A stretch of DNA of 64,000 bases from Candidatus Marinacidobacterales bacterium. Lineage in GTDB: Bacteria > Acidobacteriota > Vicinamibacteria > Marinacidobacterales > DATDRI01. The stretch covers positions 6,080,001-6,144,000 of the forward strand of contig OZ245365.1 in assembly GCA_965226495.1 (NCBI GenBank), read 5' to 3'. This document shows, piece after piece, positions 1 through 9,044 of the stretch. The notes beneath the pieces were generated by a model. That model was given only the letters and a program-made list of their open reading frames with translations, was not told the DNA's origin and ran no database searches. Positions within the stretch are counted from its first letter, which is position 1. Each line of letters starts with the position of its first letter. The position numbers were made by a program, and so were the translations under genes.

Positions 1-1
1 C

Positions 2-874
2 ATCCTTTGGCAAAAGGATTTTGTCGAAGACTACGGGGCAACGATTCCGTTCTGGGGAATGGCGGGCGCACCGCTCGTCGACGGAGAAAGGGTCATCTGT
101 GTGGTGGCGGGGGAGCCCGATGCCAAGGTGGTCGCCTTCGACAAACTGACCGGCAAGGAGATCTGGCGGGCGCTCTCATCGGACTGGGAGCCTGGCTACA
201 GTCAGCCCACCATCGTCGAGATCGCCGACCAACGCCAGCTCATCATTTGGCATCCCCGAGCTATCAGCTCGCTCGATCCGGAAACCGGGGAGATCTACTG
301 GGAGGAGCCTTTCAACGTTGAGATGGGAATGACTGTCTCCACACCGATAGTCGCGGGCCGGTATCTGTTCGTCTCCTCGTTCTTCGACGGTGCCCGCATG
401 TTGAGGGTGAACGAAGACGATGCCGGCGTGACCGTGGTGTGGAGGAGCACCGGTGAGAGCGAGATCAACACCACCCGAGTTCACACGGTCATCAACACCG
501 CGGTCATCGAAGACGGCTATCTTTACGGTATCGATGCCTACGGACAACTCCGCTGCCTCGATGCGAGAACGGGCGAGCGTCTCTGGGAGACCCTCGCGGT
601 GACGATAGAAAAAGCGCGCCACGCCGCCGCACACTTCGTCCAGAACGGCGATCGCTACTTCATCAACAACGACCGGGGAGAGCTCATCATCGCTCGATTT
701 CGGCCGGAAGGCTATGAAGAGGTAAGTCGTACTCAGCTCGTCAAGCCTACCTCCGCCACCACCGCCCGCCGAGAGCTCGGAGCCGTGGCCTGGTCCCATC
801 CGGCCTACGCTAACCGACACATCTTTGCTCGCAACGACGAGGAGATCCTCAAGGCTTCTCTGGCCAAGGAATAG
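2..874 (+). CDS. PQQ-binding-like beta-propeller repeat protein (BamB-like), 5'-partial
   Basis: Frame open from window start (ILWQKDFVEDYG...); repeated AFDKLTGKEIW / LDPETGEIYW / LDARTGERLW blades; C-terminal WSHPAYAN. Confidence 0.85.
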   Translation: MLWQKDFVEDYGATIPFWGMAGAPLVDGERVICVVAGEPDAKVVAFDKLTGKEIWRALSSDWEPGYSQPTIVEIADQRQLIIWHPRAISSLDPETGEIYWEEPFNVEMGMTVSTPIVAGRYLFVSSFFDGARMLRVNEDDAGVTVVWRSTGESEINTTRVHTVINTAVIEDGYLYGIDAYGQLRCLDARTGERLWETLAVTIEKARHAAAHFVQNGDRYFINNDRGELIIARFRPEGYEEVSRTQLVKPTSATTARRELGAVAWSHPAYANRHIFARNDEEILKASLAKE

Positions 875-933
875 CCGCAACGCGGTGGCGTTTCTTGCGG
901 GGCTCGGCACAGGTCTGGTATCGTCGATTCATC

Positions 934-1080
934 ATGGCTGCCAAAGACGACAAAGCCATAGAGGCGGAGTATCGGGAAAAGAGACCTCTCTATGAACGAC
1001 TGTGCCGAGAGGTGGTCGTCAACCTCGAGGAACTCGTCAAAGTACTCCATCATGCCGAAGATTCCTCAATCCTCAGTTGA
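934..1080 (+). pseudogene. 48-aa ORF, possible truncated N-terminus of a RelA/SpoT-domain (small alarmone synthetase-like) protein
   Basis: EYREKRPLYERLCREVVVNLEEL resembles, from memory, the N-terminal helix of such proteins; ends overlapping the 3' end of the convergent HD gene. Confidence 0.35.
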
Positions 1081-1615
1081 CACCAATTCTCCGTCGCGCC
1101 TGGGCCGCGGCCTCATCAAAAGCGCGGTCTAACTTGGCATTGATGCCACGACACCCGGCCACCACCCGGACTGCAAATTCTACGTACTCCGCTTGCCTCT
1201 CCCGAGACCATCCAGCCGGTGGGCCCTTAGCAATATCGCGGACGTTACATATCTTGTCCGCGATCTCCAGTTGCTTGGCCGCATCGGACATCGTCGGCGC
1301 AGACGTAACCTGAAGTTCCTTTCGCGCGGCTTTAGGGAGTGATTTGTCGTCGGATACCTCTGCCACCAAACCTCGCACCTCCGACCCGAATCGCTCTTCC
1401 AACTCTTCGAAAGTGGTCTCGGTGTCTTCAACGGTGTCATGCAACAGTGCCGCGGCAAGCAAGGTGTGATCGGTCACACCCGCCTCCGAGGTTAGGACGT
1501 TGGCGACCGCGAGAGGATGATTGATGTACGGGGAGGCTTCCTCGTCCTTTCGGCGTTGATCGCGGTGTTTTCCTGCCGCGAAGGAAGCTGCTTCGAGTAC
1601 CGTGGCCAGGTTCAC
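1073..1615 (-). CDS. HD-domain (p)ppGpp hydrolase, Mesh1/small alarmone hydrolase family
   Basis: KHRDQRRKD..PYINHP, AALLHDTVEDT, EVSDDKSL, ADKICN motifs. Confidence 0.9.
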   Translation of the reverse strand: MNLATVLEAASFAAGKHRDQRRKDEEASPYINHPLAVANVLTSEAGVTDHTLLAAALLHDTVEDTETTFEELEERFGSEVRGLVAEVSDDKSLPKAARKELQVTSAPTMSDAAKQLEIADKICNVRDIAKGPPAGWSRERQAEYVEFAVRVVAGCRGINAKLDRAFDEAAAQARRRIGVN

Positions 1616-1624
1616 AATGTCACT

Positions 1625-2668
1625 TTAACGTAAGAGTAGGGGCAGTACGCTACTTTCGAATGGAGCAACGACTGCCGTCCAGCACACAAACACGGCAATG
1701 ATGCCGAAAAGCGAGACTCGCGCCAGCGTCCGCCGCCGGCCGCTCTCGCCCCTCGCAAGATCCAACAGGAGGTCCCATGGGATCCAGAACGCATAGGTCA
1801 GAAAGAATGTACGGAAGGTCGCCCTCATCGTTACCGCGAATCCGATTTGCATGAAGAAGAGGCATGGGACAATCACGATCCGGGCCCGACGGCTGAAGAG
1901 CGCCAGCGGAGAGAGGAGCTCGAGAGCCAGGGCGCCGACGGACAGCACCTGCCCGAGCAAGACGTTTCCGGCTAGCCAGTGGGAAAGTGGGCCCAAATCA
2001 ATGACCTGCACGGTGAGGGAGAGGTTGTTCGACAGAAACCACTCGAGTCCGCCCAGACGAAGCTTCGCAATGCCACCGGCGAAGAAGACGGACACGAACA
2101 CCAGCTGCATCAGTCGCACCGGCCAGGAGTAGGTCCCCCGCGCCGCCTCTTCCGGAATTCGATGGTTGCGGCCTCGCCATCGTCTCACCAGGCTGTCGAC
2201 CGAGAACGCGTCTCCACAGCGAGACATCGCGAAGATGCCGAACATGATGAAGAAGTGGCCCTCCGCTGGCTCGACGAAACCGAAGGATTGACGCATTCCA
2301 AAAAGATAGAGTCCGCTGAGAAACGTGACGGCAAAGGCGGCCCGCGAAAAGAGGCCGATGAACCCGAGGGCCAGGGCAATGAAGAAAACGCGCTGGAGCA
2401 CTAGGACGAATGCGGGCGACGGTATATCGATTCCCAGTGCATGTATGAGCGGAACCGGCAACCAGAAAGCATCGGAGACGTTGAGCCAGTGCGAGAAATC
2501 CCAAGACAGATGGGACCACAAGAACAAGCCGGACACGAGAGCCCGGGTGAGCCCCAAATTCTCGGGTCCCCATGGTTCGAACCAGAGCTCGTTCCACCGT
2601 TTGACGAAGCGCTTTTCTCCGTTATTCCCTCTCCCTTTGGGAGAGGGTAGGGTGAGGGCTCGGCTCAT
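1625..2668 (-). CDS. HTTM-like (vitamin K-dependent carboxylase/SdpB-related) multi-pass membrane protein, copy A
   Basis: Multiple TM helices; GDAFSVD, WPVRLMQL..SVFFAGGIAK..GLEW, LELL motifs; ATGA overlap with upstream gene. Confidence 0.7.
   Translation of the reverse strand: MSRALTLPSPKGRGNNGEKRFVKRWNELWFEPWGPENLGLTRALVSGLFLWSHLSWDFSHWLNVSDAFWLPVPLIHALGIDIPSPAFVLVLQRVFFIALALGFIGLFSRAAFAVTFLSGLYLFGMRQSFGFVEPAEGHFFIMFGIFAMSRCGDAFSVDSLVRRWRGRNHRIPEEAARGTYSWPVRLMQLVFVSVFFAGGIAKLRLGGLEWFLSNNLSLTVQVIDLGPLSHWLAGNVLLGQVLSVGALALELLSPLALFSRRARIVIVPCLFFMQIGFAVTMRATFRTFFLTYAFWIPWDLLLDLARGESGRRRTLARVSLFGIIAVFVCWTAVVAPFESSVLPLLLR
2627..2658. repeat. REP-like palindrome CCCTCTCCC-TTT-GGGAGAGGG-TAGGGTGAGGG inside a CDS
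   Basis: Perfect 9-bp inverted repeat; further copies at 4250, 4892 and 44290. Confidence 0.85.
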
Positions 2669-3243
2669 CGCTCGAGTCCCGTATCGGACATGACCTCGAA
2701 AATGAGCTCACGGTGGGGGAGTGAAGGAGCACGCGTCATCGCATCAGTCAAGGAGAGGGTGGCAGGATTCGAGAAATCCCGCTTCATCAGGTAGAGCCTC
2801 ACTCCAACGAGAGAAGGTTCCCCGGGCGTTCGGTTCTGGTTGTATCGATTCTGGATGTCGAGCAAGGCCTTCCGTATCAAGCGCTCGTTGGCCTTAGCTC
2901 TCGCCCTGAGATCGGCGACTCCGTCCGCCGCCGGCCCTCCGGCGAACATGGAGCCCGTACGTCGATTCCCCAGCATCTTATTGAATGCCATCATCATCGA
3001 CACCGGGTACTGGGGTGTCACGTGTCTTGATTCTACGACGTGCTCTTCGCCTTCTCCGTCGACCCCGACTGGGAACAGAGCCAGATGTGCCGCCACGTCT
3101 CCCCTCGACCAGTAGGTGGACCACGACTGCACCGTGTGAGCAAACATCGGGTAGTTGTTGAAGGGCCAGGGCTTCGCGTCGAGGCCGATGGCGGTGATGA
3201 CCCCTGCCAGAACGATCAGGATGGTCGCGTTCGCTCGCCACAT
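2665..3243 (-). CDS. Membrane-anchored partner of the HTTM-like protein, copy A
   Basis: N-terminal hydrophobic helix then WPFNNYPMFA; paralog of 4297..4866. Confidence 0.75.
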   Translation of the reverse strand: MWRANATILIVLAGVITAIGLDAKPWPFNNYPMFAHTVQSWSTYWSRGDVAAHLALFPVGVDGEGEEHVVESRHVTPQYPVSMMMAFNKMLGNRRTGSMFAGGPAADGVADLRARAKANERLIRKALLDIQNRYNQNRTPGEPSLVGVRLYLMKRDFSNPATLSLTDAMTRAPSLPHRELIFEVMSDTGLER

Positions 3244-3271
3244 AGCTCGTTTATATCCTATCCGACAAGGT

Positions 3272-4300
3272 TTAACGCAACACCCAGGGAAGAACTGCCG
3301 TCCAGCCCACGAACGTGGCTAACAGGGCGGCGAGTGCAAGCCGTGCCAGGGTCCTTCGCCTCGACCGACTACCACGAGCCATATCGAGGAGACGATCCCA
3401 GGGAATCCAAAACGCGTAGGTCAGAAAGAACGTCTGGAAGAGCGCTCGCATCGTCACCGCGAAGCCTACCTGGAGGAGCAACAAGCACGGTACGATCACG
3501 ATGCGCGCGCGCCAACTGAAAAACGCGAGAACAGAAGCCAACTCGAGACCAACCGCCATGACGGCGAGGAGTTGACCGATGAGTACTTTCCCGGCGAGCC
3601 AGTGCGAGAGTGGCCCTAGGTCGATGACCTGCACGGCGAGCGCGAGGTTGTCGGAGAAGATCCAGTCGAGGCCGCCTAGCCGCATTTTCGCTACGCCACC
3701 CGCGAAGAACACCGACACGAAGAGCAACTGCATGAGGCGGACCGGCCAGGAGTAGCTTCCCCGCTTCACCTCCTCGGGAATGTGGTCGGGCCGGCCCCGC
3801 AGCCGACGGATCAGGTGGTCGAAGGAAAACGCATCGCCGCACCGCGACATGGCGAAGATCCCGAACATGAGGATGAAGTGCCCTTCCGCGGGCGCGATGG
3901 AGCCGAACGATTGGCGCATGCCGAAAACGTAGAGCCACGTGAAACACGAGATCGCGAAGGCGGTTCGCGTAAAGAGACCGACAAATCCGAGTGTCAACGA
4001 TATGAGGAAAATGCGCTGGATGAACTGCACGAAGGCCGCCGATGGAATGTCGAGTCCGAGCAGGCGGAAGAGAGGGATAGGCATCCAGAAAGCGTCGGAA
4101 ACCTCCGTCCAAACGGATAGATCCCAGGATAGATGAGACCAGAGAAAAAGGCCCGAAACCAGCGCTCTAGAGAGGCCCAGGTTTTCGGGTCCCCAGGGTT
4201 GGAACCATAGGTTGTTCCAGGCGTTAAAAAGGCGTTTTTCTCCGTTATTCCCTCTCCCTTTGGGAGAGGGTAGGGTGAGAGATTCGATCGCTCGAGTCAC
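3272..4300 (-). CDS. HTTM-like multi-pass membrane protein, copy B
   Basis: Colinear paralog of 1625..2668; GTGA overlap with upstream gene. Confidence 0.7.
   Translation of the reverse strand: MTRAIESLTLPSPKGRGNNGEKRLFNAWNNLWFQPWGPENLGLSRALVSGLFLWSHLSWDLSVWTEVSDAFWMPIPLFRLLGLDIPSAAFVQFIQRIFLISLTLGFVGLFTRTAFAISCFTWLYVFGMRQSFGSIAPAEGHFILMFGIFAMSRCGDAFSFDHLIRRLRGRPDHIPEEVKRGSYSWPVRLMQLLFVSVFFAGGVAKMRLGGLDWIFSDNLALAVQVIDLGPLSHWLAGKVLIGQLLAVMAVGLELASVLAFFSWRARIVIVPCLLLLQVGFAVTMRALFQTFFLTYAFWIPWDRLLDMARGSRSRRRTLARLALAALLATFVGWTAVLPWVLR
4250..4279. repeat. REP-like palindrome inside a CDS
   Basis: Identical to the copy at 2627 over 44 nt (2613..2656 = 4236..4279). Confidence 0.85.
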
Positions 4301-4866
4301 GGAACGGGCATAACCTCGAAGATAAGCACGCGGTGCGGGAGTGTTGGCCCGCGCTCGACCGCATCACTCAAGGAGAGAGTCTCAGGTCTCGAGTAGTCGC
4401 GCTTCATGAGATAGAGCCTCATTCCGATCAGGGGAGGCTCGTCGCTCTGGCGACGCCGGTTGTATCGTTCCTTCAGGTCGAGCAACGCTTTGCGCAGGAC
4501 GGCCTTCTTCTTTATCGCCCTCGCTCGGAGGTCCGCCACTCCGGGTTCCGCCGGCGAGCCCGGAAATATGGATCCTTTCCAATTCCCCAGCATCTTGTTG
4601 AAGGACATCATGGTCGAGACCGTGTGGTGGGGTGACACGTGCCTCGCTTTCAGGACGTGCTCACGCTGGGGTTCTTCGCCATCGACCCCCAGGGGGATGA
4701 GGGCGAGGTGCGCGGCGACGTCCCCTCGCGCCCAGTAAACGGGCCACGACCGCACGGTGTGCGCAAACATTGGATAGTTGTTGAAGGGCCACGGCTTCGT
4801 GTCGAGGCCGATGGCGGTGATGACGCCTACGAGAACGAAGAGGATGGTCGCGTTCGCGCGCCACAT
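4297..4866 (-). CDS. Membrane-anchored partner of the HTTM-like protein, copy B
   Basis: MWRANATIL start chosen by homology to copy A; WPFNNYPMFAHTV conserved. Confidence 0.75.
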   Translation of the reverse strand: MWRANATILFVLVGVITAIGLDTKPWPFNNYPMFAHTVRSWPVYWARGDVAAHLALIPLGVDGEEPQREHVLKARHVSPHHTVSTMMSFNKMLGNWKGSIFPGSPAEPGVADLRARAIKKKAVLRKALLDLKERYNRRRQSDEPPLIGMRLYLMKRDYSRPETLSLSDAVERGPTLPHRVLIFEVMPVP

Positions 4867-4891
4867 GCTTGAAAAGCTCTTGTTCCCTTTT

Positions 4892-4969
4892 CCCTCTCCC
4901 CCCTGGGGGAGGGCAGGCGTCAACTAGATCTCGTGCCGCTATCCATTGCGTCAGACGCCGGGTGAGGGG
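4892..4969. repeat. Expanded REP-like element (intergenic)
   Basis: CCCTCTCCCCCCTGGGGGAGGG, then a GGCGTC...GACGCC-bounded insert, then GGGTGAGGGG. Confidence 0.65.
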
Positions 4970-6254
4970 TCAGCCTGATTCAAACCCACACACGTTCAGT
5001 GCAGCAATAGCATAGATCTTCGTCTGATTCACGAGCTCTTCGATCGTTAGGTACTCGTTCGGCTTGTGGACCCGCGAAATATGCCCCGGTCCATAGGTCA
5101 CACCGGGAATGCCTCGAGCGAGGAACGCCTGCAGCTCGCCTGCCCCGACAATCGAGCCGTACTCGGCGTCGACGCCCACAGCTTTCGCGGCGTCTTTGAT
5201 GGACGTTACCAAAGGCTCGTCTTCTTTGATCTCGAAGGTTTGCCTCTCGCTGAAGATCGTAACATTGCCGATTTTGAACTCAGGATCCGATTCCTGAAGC
5301 TCCTTGATAGTCCGGTCGATCTCACCTCGCATCCTCTCGGTCGAGTAGGGAGCGACCACGCGAATTTCGAGACCCACCTTGCACGCATTCGGTATGTCCC
5401 CAAAGCGCTTGGCCACGCCCTCCACCGCAACGACATTGAGGCTTTCTCTTCCTTGCCGCGGTCCGTCCTTGAGCTCGACTCCTTTCAAGGCCTCCATGAA
5501 CATCGCCGCCTTGTCGATGGCGTTGACGCCGTAGGGAGTAGCCGCGTGAGCCGTCTCGCCAACGATCTCGTACTCTAGGATGAGCCTGCCCTTGAAAGAG
5601 CCGCAGATATTTTCCAGTCCGGATGCTTCACCGTTGATGATCATATCCGGTAGGGGAAATCCTGCGTCCTCGAGACCTTGCTCTGCCAGGAACGTCATGC
5701 CGGGCCACTTGAGGTGATCGAAGCGCCCTTCATCGTCGACCGAGGACACCAGCATGAGACTGCCCTTGAGCCGGATCCCCAGGTCTCGGATGGCTTTCGC
5801 TGTGAACACCTGGGCCGCCATCGCCGACTTGGCGTCGCAGGTTCCTCGTCCCCAAACTCTCCCACCGTCAACAGTGCCTCCAAAGGGGTCGAATTGCCAG
5901 TCGTCGGGATCGTCGATATCGACGACGTCCATGTGGGTTCCCAACATCAAGACAGGGCCGTTGTTCGCACCGTCGATCATACCCACGACATTAGGTCGAG
6001 GATATTCGAGGCCCGCTTTTTCGACCTTGTCCCTGGGGGCGCAGATGAATTCGGTCCGGACCCCGGCGGCTTCGAGCTCCGTCTTCATCCGCTCCGAGAT
6101 GGCTTCGTACTCGCCTGGGGGGAAAACGCTGGGTAGGCGTACCAGATCGCAAAATAGGGACACCAGCGTGTCCCGGTGCTCATCGATATAGCTGCTGATG
6201 CCCTTGGCAGCCGCCGCGCCGTCCTGCTGCATACGGTATACCGTCATGTGGCCC
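4970..6254 (-). CDS. M20 family metallopeptidase/deacylase (ArgE/DapE-like)
   Basis: GTHMDVV, GRGTCDAKS, VDDEG, GETAHAA, YGPG..VHKPNEY; start uncertain (nearby ATGs). Confidence 0.85.
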
Positions 6255-6379
6255 ATTCTATCAGAAAGAAGTGTGCGGCGAGTTGTCAATTAGCGTCATG
6301 TGTGATTATAGATTTTCCGGACGACGCCTGGGTTTGCAGCATTGTTGTCCGGTTGATGCTGCGATAACATGCCTGACGC

Positions 6380-7198
6380 GTGAACAAGAGCTCTCCGCAC
6401 CCTCCCTATCGGGCCAGGCTCCACGAGGTGATCTTCGAGGCCGATACCCCAGCGGGAAAGGCCTTCGACGTCGCTCTCCTCGTCCTCATTGTGGCCAGTG
6501 TTCTCGCCGTGATGCTGGAGAGCGTGGCTTCCGTCCGCGAGCACTATGGGGCCGTGCTCCGAGGATTCGAGTGGCTGGTTACTATCCTCTTTACTATCGA
6601 GTACGCTCTGCGTCTCTACTCGGTGGGAAGGCCTCTTGCTTATGCGCGTAGCTTCTTCGGCGTTGTTGACCTTCTTACCATCCTGCCTTCGTACCTGAGC
6701 CTCGTCTTCACGGGTGCTCAGTCGCTCCTCGTCATTCGGGCTCTGCGACTCCTTCGGGTCTTTCGCGTACTCAAGCTAGTGAGGTTCGTGGGAGAGGCGT
6801 CACAGCTTCGAGAAGCGCTTCACGCCAGCGCTCGAAAGATCGCCATCTTCATCGGCGCGGTCCTGACCGTAGCCCTCATCGTCGGCGCCCTTATTTATCT
6901 CATCGAAGGGGAAGAGAGTGGCTTCACGAGCATCCCCCAGGGCATGTACTGGGCCATCGTGACGATGACGACCGTGGGTTATGGAGATGTCTCGCCGCAA
7001 ACGGTCTGGGGAAAGTTCCTCGCCACCGTCATCATGATCCTTGGCTACGGCATCATTGCTGTACCGACGGGAATCGTAAGCGTCGAGATGCACGCGGCTT
7101 CGAAGCAAACCATCAGTACCCAGGCTTGTCCGAGCTGTTCCAGCGAGGGACACGATGCGGACGCCACGTTTTGCAAGAACTGCGGCACGCGTTTGTAG
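6380..7198 (+). CDS. Voltage-gated potassium channel / ion transporter
   Basis: S4 RALRLLRVFRVLK; filter TTVGYGD; C-terminal CPSC...CKNCG zinc ribbon. Confidence 0.92.
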   Translation: MNKSSPHPPYRARLHEVIFEADTPAGKAFDVALLVLIVASVLAVMLESVASVREHYGAVLRGFEWLVTILFTIEYALRLYSVGRPLAYARSFFGVVDLLTILPSYLSLVFTGAQSLLVIRALRLLRVFRVLKLVRFVGEASQLREALHASARKIAIFIGAVLTVALIVGALIYLIEGEESGFTSIPQGMYWAIVTMTTVGYGDVSPQTVWGKFLATVIMILGYGIIAVPTGIVSVEMHAASKQTISTQACPSCSSEGHDADATFCKNCGTRL

Positions 7199-7288
7199 CC
7201 TTTATTCGGAAGGGGATCCCGCTCGCCTCGATACATCTGGTCGGGGTAAGGTGACCCTCTCTCGTTTCGGAAGCGGAGGACGCTCAAA

Positions 7289-8368
7289 ATGGCAAGCTCT
7301 GATTGGTCACGACGTGGTTTCTTGACGGCGGCTGGACTCCTCGGTGCTTCGCGCTTACTGGCCCCGTTGGCGAAGGGTGAGTCTTCGACGAAGCCGAGCC
7401 AGAGCCGGCGTCAGAAAATCATTCTCGATGTCGATACCGGTACCGACGACGCGGTGGCCCTCATGTTTGGTGCGCTTCATCCGGATCTCGAGCTCGTAGC
7501 GGCGACGACCGTGAACGGGAACGTGCCCGTCGAGTACTGTACCGAGAACTCTCTGCGCGTCTTCGACTACATCGGTGTGGACGTTCCGGTCTATGAGGGC
7601 ATGGCGACGCCCATCTTCCGCCCCGATTTCCCGGTGCCGCGTAAGGAACGGACGAGCAGCATGACGGGCGGGACCATCCATGGCGGACACTTGGAGCTTC
7701 CGCCTGCCAAGTCGAAACAGCAGTCGATGACCGCTGTCGATTTTCTGATTGAGACCTACTCGCGGCCCGAGTCCAAAGACATTATTTTGGTCCCGGTGGG
7801 ACCGCTTTCGAATGTCGCGATGGCGCTCAAACAGTCGCCGAGGATCGTGGAGAACATCCCAGAAATCGTCATCATGGGTGGTGCGCATGAGATCGGCAAC
7901 GTAACCGCATCCGCGGAGTTCAACGTCTGGGCGGATCCGGAGGCGGCTCGGGTCGTACTCAATAGCGGGATCAAGAATGTGACGATGGTGCCGCTGGATG
8001 CGACACACCGAGCGCTCGTTTCTCTGGGTGACTGCAAGAAGCTTCGGGCGCTAGGCACGCCGGCGGGGGAGGCCGCTGCTATCTTTACCGAGCGACGCGT
8101 TCGCGGATATCTCGAGTTCCAACCGTCGGGCCGGCCCGCGGCGCCGGTTCACGATGCGCTCGCGGTTGCTTCGATCGTCAATCCTTCTGTGATTTCAACG
8201 GTGCACGCTTACGTCGACGTCGAGACCCATGGCGAGCTGACGGTCGGCAAAACGGTCGTCGACACGCGCCCGCGAAGCGCCAAGAGTCCAAACGCATACG
8301 TTGCGCTCGATGCAGACGAGCCGCTATTCGTCAGGATGTTGCTAGAAACGATGGGGCGAACGGCATAG
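7289..8368 (+). CDS. Inosine/uridine-preferring nucleoside hydrolase with Tat signal peptide
   Basis: SRRGFL; DVDTGTDD, GNV, GPLSN, AEFN, LDAT, HDALA. Confidence 0.9.
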   Translation: MASSDWSRRGFLTAAGLLGASRLLAPLAKGESSTKPSQSRRQKIILDVDTGTDDAVALMFGALHPDLELVAATTVNGNVPVEYCTENSLRVFDYIGVDVPVYEGMATPIFRPDFPVPRKERTSSMTGGTIHGGHLELPPAKSKQQSMTAVDFLIETYSRPESKDIILVPVGPLSNVAMALKQSPRIVENIPEIVIMGGAHEIGNVTASAEFNVWADPEAARVVLNSGIKNVTMVPLDATHRALVSLGDCKKLRALGTPAGEAAAIFTERRVRGYLEFQPSGRPAAPVHDALAVASIVNPSVISTVHAYVDVETHGELTVGKTVVDTRPRSAKSPNAYVALDADEPLFVRMLLETMGRTA

Positions 8369-8444
8369 AACCGCTCGCTGACGGGGCCAGCAGAATTAGT
8401 GGGCATCGGCCAGCCCACCATCTGACGAACGTCGGAAGCACTTC

Positions 8445-8624
8445 CTAGCTTGCTCTTTCCTTGGGAAACAGGAACGTGCTCACCTGCTCGGAAACAAGGC
8501 TGCAAAGATCCAAAGCGTCCTGCATGTGACGGACGTCGGCCACGTGCTCTGGCCAAGCTCCAAGATCTTTTTCTTTGTTCTTATCGTCCACTTGCGCGAT
8601 ATGAATGCGAATTCTGTATTTCAT
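8445..8624 (-). CDS. Small hypothetical protein (59 aa)
   Basis: ATG preceded by GGAGG at correct spacing; MKYRIRIHIAQVDD... Confidence 0.6.
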   Translation of the reverse strand: MKYRIRIHIAQVDDKNKEKDLGAWPEHVADVRHMQDALDLCSLVSEQVSTFLFPKERAS

Positions 8625-8809
8625 CGGGAACCTCCGAGTACGAAAAGCAGTAGGACATCGGGCGCCAATATAGCTACTCGCACAAGTCTTGGGAAGTGGT
8701 GGAATCCCCGCGGTAGGCTTGCCGGCCGCAGTCGTGCTTGCGCAACGCGTTATAATAGAAGCAGATCGACCAACTTTCAGCCAGCACAAACAGAAAAGGT
8801 GTCTCGAAA

Positions 8810-9034
8810 ATGCCTGGAACCACGCGAAAAAAGGCGAAGAAACAGAAGCAACCGTCCACGAAAACTCGATCTGTCCGTACCAAGCCGCAGCGAAAACCCG
8901 AGGTGGCACCACAGACTTCAGACCTCGAGGGCCGCATCCAAGAGCGTGCCTACCACATTTTTCTGAACCGGAATGGCGCGCCTGGAGAAGCACTCGGCGA
9001 CTGGCTGCAAGCGGAGCGGGAGCTCACCGGTTGA
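8810..9034 (+). CDS. DUF2934 domain protein
   Basis: RIQERAYHIF...G...DWLQAEREL. Confidence 0.85.
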   Translation: MPGTTRKKAKKQKQPSTKTRSVRTKPQRKPEVAPQTSDLEGRIQERAYHIFLNRNGAPGEALGDWLQAERELTG

Positions 9035-9044
9035 AAGCTTGAAT

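Noticed and set aside
176-910. Long antisense and alternate-frame ORFs throughout the window (e.g. 176..910, 16650..17420, 46141..46974, 50587..51474)
   Set aside because: Shadows of real genes, expected in high-GC DNA; no motifs or RBS
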